This document shows positions 28,856 to 39,852 of a stretch of DNA of 64,000 nucleotides, piece by piece. Location of the stretch: NCBI GenBank assembly GCA_035637895.1, contig DASRBA010000259.1, positions 6,714 through 70,713 on the forward strand, given 5' to 3'. The notes beneath the pieces were generated by a model that ran no database searches, was not told the DNA's origin, and was given only the letters and a program-made list of their open reading frames with translations. The stretch is from Myxococcaceae bacterium. Lineage in GTDB: Bacteria > Myxococcota > Myxococcia > Myxococcales > Myxococcaceae. A program made the translations under genes and the position numbers. Within the stretch, counting starts at the first letter, position 1. Every line of letters begins with the position of its first letter.

Positions 28856-29146
28856 TGCTATCGCAGGGTGAATGCTCGGGACTCTACGGGAGATGCACTT
28901 CGATGACGAGCGCTCTCAAGCGAAGGGTGTTGGGATGATACCTGTTCGGGGGATGCTCCACGGCGGCAACGGGACGTTGAAACCCAGTTCGTCGAACAGC
29001 ACGTCACGGGCCACCCCCTGTAGGTTGGGAGGCCGGCACGGCGAGTCCCGCCACGATGGCCGTACCTCCGACTATCACCCCGGGCCGCGTTGCGTTCCAC
29101 GCAAGTGCCTGTAGCGCCAGATTCTCACCGTCGAAACCGATCTCGG

Positions 29147-30028
29147 TTATGCACCGAGCGTAGCAAGCAGCGGGATGGCACGGGTGGCGGTGTCGAAATG
29201 GGTGGCGTCCAGTTCAATGCCGATGCTGCGGTAGCCAACCGCGACGGCGGCGGCAATGGTGGAACCTGCGCCCATGAACGGGTCCAAGACAACGCCCTCA
29301 CCGAGCGGCAGCGCGGCGCGAACGAGCTGGCGCATGAGAGCCTGCGGCTTGAGCGACGGGTGGGGCGCGATGGCGCGCTCCTTCTTGTGGGTGGGCGAAG
29401 ACCGGATAACGTCGACGAAAGGTGCATCCTCCGAGATGCGGCGGAGGCCGCCAGTCTTCCACTTGCGGAGGTTGTCTTGGACGCGGCCTTCGCAGGGCTT
29501 GCGGAACAGGCCCCAGGGCTCCCAACAGGAGCGAGGCATCACGGTGACGTTGGCGAACTCCTCGTGTGCGTTTTTGGGACGGTCGCCACCGCGGAGGGTC
29601 TGCACGAGGCGGATGATCTCCCCACGCTTCTCGAAGCCAGCACCCGTTAGCGCTTGGTAAAGGACATGCGAAAGCAGTGGGTTCGTGGCGATAAACATGT
29701 GGGCGCCGGGAACGAGCACGCGGTAGGCGCGCACAGCGAAGTCTGCGAAGAATCGTCCCAGTGCCTCAAGGTCATCGACCGTAAGCACGGTGAAGCGCGG
29801 CAGGGGACTTCGCCTGGAGCCGTCGAATGACGGAGGAATCCGCCAGACGCCGCCGCGGTCTCGCCGGAGCTTCTCCTGCTCCCGCGCAGAGTACTCCTTC
29901 AGACCATACGGTGGGTCAGTGACAATTGCGTGGATGGAGTCGGGTGGTTGCGCGTCCATCCACCCCAAACAGTCTCCTTGGTGGATGGTGTGGCTGGCAT
30001 CGAACGCTAGCGCGGCCAGAGCGGTCAT
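29147..30028 (-). CDS. DNA methyltransferase, beta-class N6A/N4C type, paralog of the 18328..19227 MTase and in inverted orientation
   Basis: AIVTDPPYGL (motif IV) and DPFMGAGSTIAAA (motif I). Collinear with MTase-1 along the whole length at about 55% identity by eye (RDRGGVWRIP, LPRFT, RVLVPGAHMFIA, NPLLSH, LRGGDRPK, HPSLKPQ, LVRAALPLG). Confidence 0.88.
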   Translation of the reverse strand: MTALAALAFDASHTIHQGDCLGWMDAQPPDSIHAIVTDPPYGLKEYSAREQEKLRRDRGGVWRIPPSFDGSRRSPLPRFTVLTVDDLEALGRFFADFAVRAYRVLVPGAHMFIATNPLLSHVLYQALTGAGFEKRGEIIRLVQTLRGGDRPKNAHEEFANVTVMPRSCWEPWGLFRKPCEGRVQDNLRKWKTGGLRRISEDAPFVDVIRSSPTHKKERAIAPHPSLKPQALMRQLVRAALPLGEGVVLDPFMGAGSTIAAAVAVGYRSIGIELDATHFDTATRAIPLLATLGA

Positions 30029-30064
30029 CGCGCCGATCTTGCCAGTGTTTATGATACCTCAAAT

Positions 30065-30526
30065 TTAATTTCCGTAGTGACCTTCCTCAAAGTCCCAGAT
30101 TCCCCCTTGCTCGCCCTGTTCCAGGACCGAGTAGACGGCATGGACGTCGGCCTGCGGGGGGACATCGACCGCCCGGAGACATCCAGATCCCTGCTCAAAA
30201 GTGCATCCTAGCTCCGACAGCCGCGCCCACCACTCCCCGACTCGGCCGGCTTCGGCATCGTTGTTGAGCATGACGCGGTAGGTGGAGTGGCCGCCGCGGA
30301 TCGACACACTTTCGAACTCGAACAGCCCGTCCGCAGGGTGCGCAAAGACGACGTCTTCTGCGCTCACCCCGAAGGCGTAGAACGGCACGTTGCGAAGTCG
30401 CAGTCGGCGCTCGTCGATGCGTTCCGCCCAGAGTGTCTCGGTCGCTGAGCCATGCCATGCCCCCGGCTCCAACTGGAACCGCACCTTCACGAGATCGCCT
30501 TCGGCACGGTGGTGATCGGCCGTCAT
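30065..30526 (-). CDS. Candidate immunity protein for the upstream HNH toxin (DUF4265-like, recalled)
   Basis: 153-aa ORF whose start overlaps the toxin's stop by 4 nt. Acidic, Trp-containing composition (ETLWAERIDERRLRLRNVPFYAFG). Confidence 0.55.
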   Translation of the reverse strand: MTADHHRAEGDLVKVRFQLEPGAWHGSATETLWAERIDERRLRLRNVPFYAFGVSAEDVVFAHPADGLFEFESVSIRGGHSTYRVMLNNDAEAGRVGEWWARLSELGCTFEQGSGCLRAVDVPPQADVHAVYSVLEQGEQGGIWDFEEGHYGN

Positions 30527-31692
30527 TTGGCACCTTGGAGGTGCTCTTCCGTGGTCTTTGCGCCCTTCTCCAAATTACAAGTCCGACAGGTGTTCTGAGC
30601 GTTGTCGATCGTGTTGTTTCCTCCCCGCGACTTGGGCTGAGCGTGGTCCGTGTTCCGTTGGCTCGGTCCTGGTTCGTCGGTGGTCTCCTTGCCACAGAAC
30701 ACGCATTTCCCATCCGCGTGGGACTCAGCAGCGTCCTTGGTCTGTGGAGAGAATCTCTTGCCCGCTCCGGGTCCGCCGGACGCTCCCGCCTTGGGACCAG
30801 CGGACATGGCCACCGCGCCGCCGAGGTCGATGACCACGCTCCCATTCGCCGCGAGCGTGAGGGAGCGGGTGCCTTCAATTTCGGGAATCCGGAAGCCTTG
30901 TGCCTCCGCCAGCGCGGCAGCTCTCGAGCCTCCGGGGAGGTCGAGGGCGCTTCCCTTGAACAGCCCCGCGAACTTGGCGACGCCATACGTGGCGACCATC
31001 ACCACGATGCGCCCCACCGTTGGGCCCATGCGCTGTCCGTAGTGGATGCCGGCCACTCGGACGCCCGCGAAGTCCCGAGCGAGCTTCAGTTCGTCCAGCA
31101 TGGAGATGAAGCCCTTCACCACATTGTTGAAGACGTCCACCCCCACGAAGGCGATCAGGTTGCTCATCGAGACCATGAACAGAATCTTCGTGACCGGCTC
31201 AGGAGAGAGCAGTTCCACGATCATCCCCAGGAACAGCACGCTCAACATCGCGCGCACCTGGTCAGCGGTCATGGAACGGACCGCGGAGGCCGCATCCTCC
31301 AGTGCCTCAGCGAACGCGAAGTGCAGGGCTACGAAGGTGGCGCCTTCGTCATCCAACTCGCCTGAGGCGTTCAGGTCGTCCCAGCAATCGAACCGCTTGC
31401 CGGTGATGTGGTGGCACCACCGGAGGTACCCCTCGGCCTTGAGCCGCTGCATCGGGTCATCGCCAGCGAGGATGAACCGCGGTCTTCCGTTCTTCGGCAG
31501 ACCAGGAAGCGGGCCGTTGGCGTACAGCATCCGCATCCCTTGCTGGAGCTCCTCGCGGCTGAGGTCCACGGGCTTGTATCCGCCCGGACGGATGACCAGC
31601 ACCGACGGCGCAGAGACACGGCGTTGCTGGACCGGCAGCCCAGGAATGGCCGTCGAGCAAGCGCACAGGAAGGTGACCACCCACACAGCCAT
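30523..31692 (-). CDS. Lipoprotein polymorphic-toxin-like protein with C-terminal HNH nuclease domain
   Basis: Start trimmed to the ATG at 31692, giving MAVWVVTFLCACSTA (lipoprotein signal). The C-terminus CVFCGKET...DHAQPKSRGGNNTIDNAQNTCRTCNLEKG is a classic HNH (C..C...DH..P.S.GG.N..N....C..CN..K). Confidence 0.72.
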   Translation of the reverse strand: MAVWVVTFLCACSTAIPGLPVQQRRVSAPSVLVIRPGGYKPVDLSREELQQGMRMLYANGPLPGLPKNGRPRFILAGDDPMQRLKAEGYLRWCHHITGKRFDCWDDLNASGELDDEGATFVALHFAFAEALEDAASAVRSMTADQVRAMLSVLFLGMIVELLSPEPVTKILFMVSMSNLIAFVGVDVFNNVVKGFISMLDELKLARDFAGVRVAGIHYGQRMGPTVGRIVVMVATYGVAKFAGLFKGSALDLPGGSRAAALAEAQGFRIPEIEGTRSLTLAANGSVVIDLGGAVAMSAGPKAGASGGPGAGKRFSPQTKDAAESHADGKCVFCGKETTDEPGPSQRNTDHAQPKSRGGNNTIDNAQNTCRTCNLEKGAKTTEEHLQGAK

Positions 31693-31733
31693 GGTCTTCG
31701 GCCAGCCGAGCATGCCGGCATTATGGTCTACGC

Positions 31734-33401
31734 GTGCTCGGTCCACTCATGCGGGTCGCGCTCTCCGTGGGCGCCTCCCGTTTCCGCGGGAAGTTCCTCT
31801 TCGATACCCGGCGCGCCCAGGCGGTGAATGACGCGCTCCTCATGGGGCTGCTCCGGCGGAACGAGGGCACCGTCTACGGACGGCGGTACGGCTTCTCGCG
31901 GCTCTCGACCCCGGACGGCTACCGCGCCTCCGTCCCGCTCACCTCGTACCCGGACTACGAGCCCTACGTGGCGCGGATCGCCAGGGGCGAGCAGGGCGTG
32001 CTCACCATGGAGCCCGTCCACCACCTCGGGCTCTCCTCGGGGACCACCGGCAAGCAGAAGATGATCCCCATCACGCGCACCGCGCAGCGGCAGGTCGCGC
32101 TGAGCATGGTGTTCCTCTCCCAGGGAATGCTGAACGCCGCCCTCCCCGCCTCCCGAGGGCGCGGCGTGCTGATGATGAGCGCCGGCACCAGCGGCAAGAC
32201 CGAGGCGGGCATCACCTATGGGCCGGCCACGGCGAGCGGCATGGCCTCCATGATCCGCATGAGCAAGCACCTGTGGACCACGCCGCCGGACGCGCTCGTG
32301 CTGCTGGACCAGCGCACCGTGCTCCACCTCCACCTGCTGTTCGGGCTCAAGGAGCGCGACCTCCGCTACCTGAGCGCGACGTTCGCGTCGTCGATCATGG
32401 ACCTCTTCCACCTGCTCGAGCGCGCCGGCCCGGTGCTCGCGGAGGAGCTGGCGACCGGGAAGCTGTCCGACGAGCTGAACCTCTCCGGCGAGTCGCGGGC
32501 GCGGCTGGAGGCGGCCCTCGGCAAGGATCCCGGGCGCGCCAGGCAGCTCCTGGACGAGCTGGCGCGGGGGCACGACGGGATCGCCAGAAGGCTCTGGCCC
32601 CGGCTCGAGTACGTCAACACCGTCACCGGTGGAAGCTTCGCCGTCTACGCCCAGAAGCTGCGCCCGTACCTCGGAGGGGTGCCGCTGTTCTCGTCCGTCT
32701 ACGCATCGACGGAGGGAGTCATCGGCGTCGCCACGAAGTCCGAGGACACCAGCTACGCCATGGTGCCGTCCGCGTGCTACTTCGAGCTGCTGCCCGCCGG
32801 CGAGGTGGACTCCGCGGCGCCGAGGACGGTGACGCTGGAGGAGGCACAGGACGGCGAGCACTACGAGGTCGTCCTCACCAACCGTTCCGGGTTCTACCGG
32901 TACCGGCTGGGGGACATGGTGAAGGTGGTGGGGCGGCTCCATCGGACGCCGGTCGTGGAGTTCCTCTTCCGGCGCGGTCAGCTCCTCAACCTCTCCGGCG
33001 AGAAGACGTCGGAGCAGGCGGCGCTGGCCGCCGTGATGGACTCCGCGAAGCGGTGGGGAACGCCGCTGATCGACTTCACCACGCAGGCGGACGCGGATGC
33101 CGCGCCCGCCAGGTACGTGTTCTTCGTCGAGGTGAAGGAGCCGGCGGCGCTGGTAGGGCGCGCGACCGCCGCGGATGACCTGGATCAGGCGCTCGGGAAG
33201 GCGAATCCCCGGTACGAGGCGGCGAGGGAGGCCGGGAAGCTGGGGAGGCCTGTCCTTCATCCGGTGAAGCCGGAGACGTTCGCGCGGGTGAAGGCGCTGC
33301 TGATCGAGAAGGGCGCGTCGATCAACCAGGTGAAGATCCCGCGCGTGGTCGGCGCCGGCGACGTCCTCCAGCTCCTCCGGGCGTCAGGCGCCGGCGTGTA
33401 G
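31734..33401 (+). CDS. GH3 family (auxin-responsive GH3-like acyl-adenylate) protein
   Basis: GTG at 31734 (or ATG 31749). LTSYPDYEPYV...LGLSSGTTGKQKMIPIT... matches the GH3 N-terminal adenylation motif region. 555 aa. Confidence 0.8.
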   Translation: MLGPLMRVALSVGASRFRGKFLFDTRRAQAVNDALLMGLLRRNEGTVYGRRYGFSRLSTPDGYRASVPLTSYPDYEPYVARIARGEQGVLTMEPVHHLGLSSGTTGKQKMIPITRTAQRQVALSMVFLSQGMLNAALPASRGRGVLMMSAGTSGKTEAGITYGPATASGMASMIRMSKHLWTTPPDALVLLDQRTVLHLHLLFGLKERDLRYLSATFASSIMDLFHLLERAGPVLAEELATGKLSDELNLSGESRARLEAALGKDPGRARQLLDELARGHDGIARRLWPRLEYVNTVTGGSFAVYAQKLRPYLGGVPLFSSVYASTEGVIGVATKSEDTSYAMVPSACYFELLPAGEVDSAAPRTVTLEEAQDGEHYEVVLTNRSGFYRYRLGDMVKVVGRLHRTPVVEFLFRRGQLLNLSGEKTSEQAALAAVMDSAKRWGTPLIDFTTQADADAAPARYVFFVEVKEPAALVGRATAADDLDQALGKANPRYEAAREAGKLGRPVLHPVKPETFARVKALLIEKGASINQVKIPRVVGAGDVLQLLRASGAGV

Positions 33402-33411
33402 AGCCGCACCC

Positions 33412-35763
<2,352 letters not shown>

Positions 35764-35990
35764 GCCGGGGTCATAGCAGGTGGGGAAACACCGAGCGCAT
35801 GGTGCACGGCGCGGTCGAAGGGGGTGAAGCCCGCCTCACCCGCGCACCATGCGCTCCGGTACGTTTCCAGCCCGGAGTCGGCAAGAAGCCCCGGGCCCTG
35901 CGATCGGAAGACTCGCCCAGCCCCTGAGTTGTCGCATTCGGCCTCGAGGCCCGCGGATTCCGCGTGGTTGGCGGTCCGTGCCGCCGCGCG

Positions 35991-36881
35991 TCACCGGCTT
36001 TTCAGGTAGCGGTGGATGCTGGCGTCGAGCTGACTTCCCAACAGTCCCATGACGCTCTCCAGCTCGTCCTGGCCGATCTGGAGGCGCCCGGCCATGGCGC
36101 GCCGCGTCTCCTCCAGCAGCTTCTCGCGGGAGCGGGCGATCCACCGCGCCACCGTGGAGCGGTGCGTCCCGTAGATGGCGCCGATCTTCTCGATGTTGAG
36201 CCCGTCCAGCAGGTGCAGCCTGAGCACGCTCATCTCGTGGTCGGAGAGCTGGTCCATGGCGGCGCGGAAGGCGGCCTTGAACTCCTCGCGGTAGTGGGCC
36301 TTGAGGTAGTCCAACTCCGGGTCCTCGCCGGGCAGCTCCAGCTCCTCCGCGCCGGCGTCCTCCAGCGAGACCTGCCGCTCGTCGCGCCGGTGCAGCGTGA
36401 GGCCGATGCGGGTGGCGGCGGCGCGCAGCCAGGACAGCAGCGGCCCGCGGCCGGAGAACTCGCCGATCTTCTTCCGCATCCCATCGTGGTCGAGGAACAG
36501 CTTCTGCCGGAGGAGCTGCTTCACCTCGGAGATGAAGCCGGGGGACGGGTCCAGCCGGCGGAGCGTGTCGTCCAGGCGGGAGAAGTACTGCTGGTCCAGC
36601 TCCGCCATCGCCTGCGCGCAGGAGCGATGGCACGCGGCGGCGAGGTAGAGGTCCTCGGCGCGGAGCTCCTGGAGCGCGGCGAGCGGGTCGCCGTCGGCGG
36701 GGAGGCGCTCGCCGAGGTAGGCGGCGAAGGCCTCGTCCTCCAGCCACTCCGCGGGCCACTGCTTGCGGGCGGCGGTGAGCTTCAGGGCGAGCACGTCCGC
36801 CATGGCGGAGTTCCCCGCGGCGCGCGCCGCGACAGGTTGGGGAGCGGCCTGCAGCATGGCGCGGAGAGCGGCGTCCATGGC
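35991..36881 (-). CDS. RNA polymerase sigma-70 family factor (ECF-like region 2/4)
   Basis: Start trimmed to M78 of the track ORF (MDAALRAMLQAAPQP...). C-terminal region-4 HTH LNIEKIGAIYGTHRSTVARWIARSREKL. The upstream part of the track ORF overlaps dapD antisense. Confidence 0.78.
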   Translation of the reverse strand, partial: AMDAALRAMLQAAPQPVAARAAGNSAMADVLALKLTAARKQWPAEWLEDEAFAAYLGERLPADGDPLAALQELRAEDLYLAAACHRSCAQAMAELDQQYFSRLDDTLRRLDPSPGFISEVKQLLRQKLFLDHDGMRKKIGEFSGRGPLLSWLRAAATRIGLTLHRRDERQVSLEDAGAEELELPGEDPELDYLKAHYREEFKAAFRAAMDQLSDHEMSVLRLHLLDGLNIEKIGAIYGTHRSTVARWIARSREKLLEETRRAMAGRLQIGQDELESVMGLLGSQLDASIHRYLKSR

Positions 36882-36957
36882 CAACGTGGGGCGGCACAGT
36901 ACCAGCCCGTGCGCCCGCGCGTTGATTCCCGTCCCCTTCGCGGATAGGTCACGTTCC

Positions 36958-37773
36958 ATGAAAGCGCTGGAGGAGCGGATCTCCGCGGCGTTCGCGGATC
37001 GAGAGCAGCTGAAGGACCCGGACACGGCGGCGGCGGTACGGCAGGTCCTCGACCTGCTGGACCAGGGGCAGCTCCGGGTCGCCGAGAAGGGACCGGAGGG
37101 CTGGAAGGTCAACGCCTGGGTGAAGGAGGCGATCCTCCTCTACTTCGGGCTGGCCCCGATGAAGGTGATGGAGGTCGGGCCCTTCGAGTTCTTCGACAAG
37201 ATCCCGCTGAAGAAAGGGCTGGAGAAGGCGGGCGTGCGCGTCGTCCCGCCCGGCACCATCCGCTACGGCGCCTTCGTCGAGCGCGGCGCGGTGGTGATGC
37301 CCGGCTACGTGAACATCGGCGCGCACGTCGGCAGCGGCACCATGGTGGACACCTGGGCCACCGTCGGTTCCTGCGCGCAGGTGGGGAAGAACGTCCACCT
37401 CTCCGGCGGCGTGGGGCTGGGCGGCGTGCTGGAGCCGCCCTCGGCCTCGCCGGTCATCGTCGAGGACGGCGCGTTCATCGGGTCGCGGTGCATCGTCGTC
37501 GAGGGGTGCGTCGTGGAGGAGGAGGCGGTGCTGGGCGCCAACGTGGTGCTCACCGCGTCCACGCAGATCATCGACGTCACCGGGCCGCAGGAGGTGGTGC
37601 ACAAGGGGCGCGTCCCGGCGCGGAGCGTGGTCATCCCCGGCGCGCGGGAGAAGAAGTTCCCCGCCGGCACGTACCTGGTGCCCTGCGCGCTGATCATCGG
37701 CAAGCGGAGCGAGAGCACCGACAAGAAGACCTCGCTCAACCAGGCGCTGCGCGACTTCGGCGTGTCGGTATGA
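36958..37773 (+). CDS. dapD: 2,3,4,5-tetrahydropyridine-2,6-dicarboxylate N-succinyltransferase
   Basis: MKALEERISAAFADREQLKD..., then left-handed beta-helix hexapeptide repeats (GYVNIGAHVGSGTMVDTWATVGSCAQVGKNVHLSGGVGLGGV). Confidence 0.88.
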   Translation: MKALEERISAAFADREQLKDPDTAAAVRQVLDLLDQGQLRVAEKGPEGWKVNAWVKEAILLYFGLAPMKVMEVGPFEFFDKIPLKKGLEKAGVRVVPPGTIRYGAFVERGAVVMPGYVNIGAHVGSGTMVDTWATVGSCAQVGKNVHLSGGVGLGGVLEPPSASPVIVEDGAFIGSRCIVVEGCVVEEEAVLGANVVLTASTQIIDVTGPQEVVHKGRVPARSVVIPGAREKKFPAGTYLVPCALIIGKRSESTDKKTSLNQALRDFGVSV

Positions 37774-38861
37774 GCGGGGACCTCGCGGCCCGCCTGGCGC
37801 AGCGAGCGCTGGCGCTGTGCCGCATCCCCAGCCCCATCGGCCAGGAGGCGGCGATCGCGGACTGGGTGGAGGCGTGGGCGAAGGAGCGGTACGCGCCGCA
37901 GGAGATCCTCCGCAAGTCGCACTCGTTCGTGCTGGGCAACCTCCAGGATCCGCGGCCCGCCGTGCTGCTGGTGGGGCACCTGGACACGGTCCCGCCCCAC
38001 CCGACCGACGCGCCGCCGCGCATCGAGGGAGACCGGCTTCACGGGCTGGGCGCGTCCGACATGAAGGGTGGGGTGGCGGTGATGCTGGCGCTGGCGGAGG
38101 ACCTCCCGCGCTCGGCGTTGCCGGTGAACCTGCTGCTGTTGCTCTACGAGCGCGAGGAGGGCCCGTACCTCGAATCCGGTCTCGGCCCGCTGTTCGAGGC
38201 GGCGCCCATGCTGTCGAAGGCGAAGCTGGGGATCGCGCTGGAGCCGACGGACGGCGCCATCCAGGTCGGGTGCGTGGGGAGCCTGCACGTCACGCTGCGG
38301 TTCAAGGGCAAGAGCGCGCACTCGGCAAGGCCGTGGCAGGGGGAGAACGCCATCCACCGCGCGGGGCCGCTCCTGGCCGAGCTGTTGGAGAAGCCGCGCC
38401 GCGAGGTGCAGATCGACGGCTTCCCTTTCTTCGAGGTGTTCTCCATCACGAAGGCGAGCGGTGGCCGCGCGCGCAACGTCATTCCGGATGAGTTGGAGCT
38501 GAACCTCAACTACCGCTTCGCGCCGGGGAAGTCGGTCGCGCAGGCGAGGGACGACGTGCGGGCGTTGATCGGCGGGCGCGCCGAGGTCGAGGTGACCGAC
38601 GAGGCCCCCTCCGGGCGCGTCTGCACGGACAACCCGCTGCTGGCGCACCTGCGCTCCACCTCCGGCTTCCGGGCGGAGGCGAAGCAGGCATGGACGGACG
38701 TGGCGCGTCTGTCGGCGATGGGCGTGGACGCGGTGAACCTGGGGCCGGGCGAGACCGCGCAGGCCCACCAGGCGCGCGAGAGCGCCGGAATCCCAGCAAT
38801 GGCAGTGGTTTACGAGGCGCTCGCCGAGTTCCTTCGAACCGCCCCCGCGCGACGCGAATGA
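37770..38861 (+). CDS. dapE: M20 family metallopeptidase, probable succinyl-diaminopimelate desuccinylase
   Basis: ATGA overlap with the dapD stop. HLDTVPP...GASDMKGG...LLLYEREEG are M20 metal-binding motifs. Confidence 0.8.
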   Translation: MSGDLAARLAQRALALCRIPSPIGQEAAIADWVEAWAKERYAPQEILRKSHSFVLGNLQDPRPAVLLVGHLDTVPPHPTDAPPRIEGDRLHGLGASDMKGGVAVMLALAEDLPRSALPVNLLLLLYEREEGPYLESGLGPLFEAAPMLSKAKLGIALEPTDGAIQVGCVGSLHVTLRFKGKSAHSARPWQGENAIHRAGPLLAELLEKPRREVQIDGFPFFEVFSITKASGGRARNVIPDELELNLNYRFAPGKSVAQARDDVRALIGGRAEVEVTDEAPSGRVCTDNPLLAHLRSTSGFRAEAKQAWTDVARLSAMGVDAVNLGPGETAQAHQARESAGIPAMAVVYEALAEFLRTAPARRE

Positions 38862-38975
38862 CCCTTCGGCATCCGCAGAATGTAGTGCAATTTAAGGAAA
38901 TGAAGGATACAAACACACCTTAAATCCTGAGACGGGCGAGAACTCTCGCAAGCTACCTGGAGAGAGAACCCCCGC

Positions 38976-39551
38976 ATGTCTTCGTACACCGTCCAGTCCG
39001 GGGACAACCTGTCCCGCATCGCGCAGCAGCACGGCACCTCGCTGAATCAGCTGCTGCAGGCGAACCCTCAGTTCCAGAAGAACCCGAACCTCATCCACCC
39101 CGGCGAGAAGGTGAACTTCCCCGGGTCGAAGGACTCCTTCGACCCGAAGCCGGCGGGCGGCAGCTCGGCGCGTCCGGCCCCGGGCGGCGCGGGCAGCGCT
39201 GGCGGCACGGCGCCGACGCAGGCGCCCCAGGCCGGAGCGACCGGCCGGGCGGCTCTGCAGGGCGCCGCGGACCGCGCCACCTCGCAGGCGGGCGTGCCGG
39301 CGTCGTGGTCGAAGTCGCCCGCGCTGTGGACGCTGCTCCAGCACGAGTCGAGCCTCAACCCGCGCGCGCAGAACCCGAGCTCCACCGCGTACGGCCTGTT
39401 CCAGTTCCTCGATTCGACCTGGAAGACGGTGGGCGCGACGAAGACCTCCGACCCGGAGAAGCAGTTCGTGGCCGGGTACAAGTACATCAAGCAGCGCTAC
39501 GGGACGCCGGAGAACGCCTGGGCGTTCTGGCAGAAGCACCACTGGTACTAG
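38976..39551 (+). CDS. LysM domain plus lytic transglycosylase (SLT-like) domain protein
   Basis: N-terminal LysM (YTVQSGDNLSRIAQQHGTSLNQLLQANP), then LLQHESSLNPRAQNPSSTAYGLFQFLDSTW (ES...A.GL.Q SLT motif). SD GGAGAG upstream. Confidence 0.85.
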   Translation: MSSYTVQSGDNLSRIAQQHGTSLNQLLQANPQFQKNPNLIHPGEKVNFPGSKDSFDPKPAGGSSARPAPGGAGSAGGTAPTQAPQAGATGRAALQGAADRATSQAGVPASWSKSPALWTLLQHESSLNPRAQNPSSTAYGLFQFLDSTWKTVGATKTSDPEKQFVAGYKYIKQRYGTPENAWAFWQKHHWY

Positions 39552-39850
39552 GACTTCGCCGGGAGCGCCTCGTCCGCGAGCGCCGCGACCTTCGGGTCCC
39601 GGAAGGTGAGCCCGCCTGCGTCGTGGGTGGTGAGGCGCAGGGTCACCTTCCGATAGCGGATGTCGATGTCCGGGTGGTGGTCCTCGCGCTCCGCGGCCTC
39701 CGCCACCCGCCCCACGAAGGCGATCGCCTCGAGGAAGGACGGCAGCTCGTACGTCCGGGTGAGCTCCTTTCCTTCCACGCGCCACGCCGGGTGACTGGTG
39801 AGGAACGCCTTCAGCTCCGCCTCGGTCAGCAACGTTCGGTCATAGGCCAT
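39548..39850 (-). CDS. Pterin-4a-carbinolamine dehydratase (PCD/DCoH)
   Basis: 100-aa ORF with EREDHHPDIDIRYRKVTLRLTTHD, the E-x-HHP signature of PCD. Confidence 0.85.
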   Translation of the reverse strand: MAYDRTLLTEAELKAFLTSHPAWRVEGKELTRTYELPSFLEAIAFVGRVAEAAEREDHHPDIDIRYRKVTLRLTTHDAGGLTFRDPKVAALADEALPAKS

Positions 39851-39852
39851 GG

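Noticed and set aside
18268-29049. Possible imperfect direct repeats at island edges (TCGAAC ... CGGCACG(GC)GAGTCCC at 18268-18290 and 28992-29049)
   Set aside because: Matches are short, GC-rich and differently spaced at the two sites. They are plausibly chance in this composition. This would need alignment against an empty site to mean anything.
28858-29114. Small ORFs (28872..29114 +, 28858..29100 -) in the convergent gap between the last ATPase gene and MTase-2
   Set aside because: Low-complexity Ser/Gly/Arg-rich translations. No start context. More likely a transcription-termination or spacer region.
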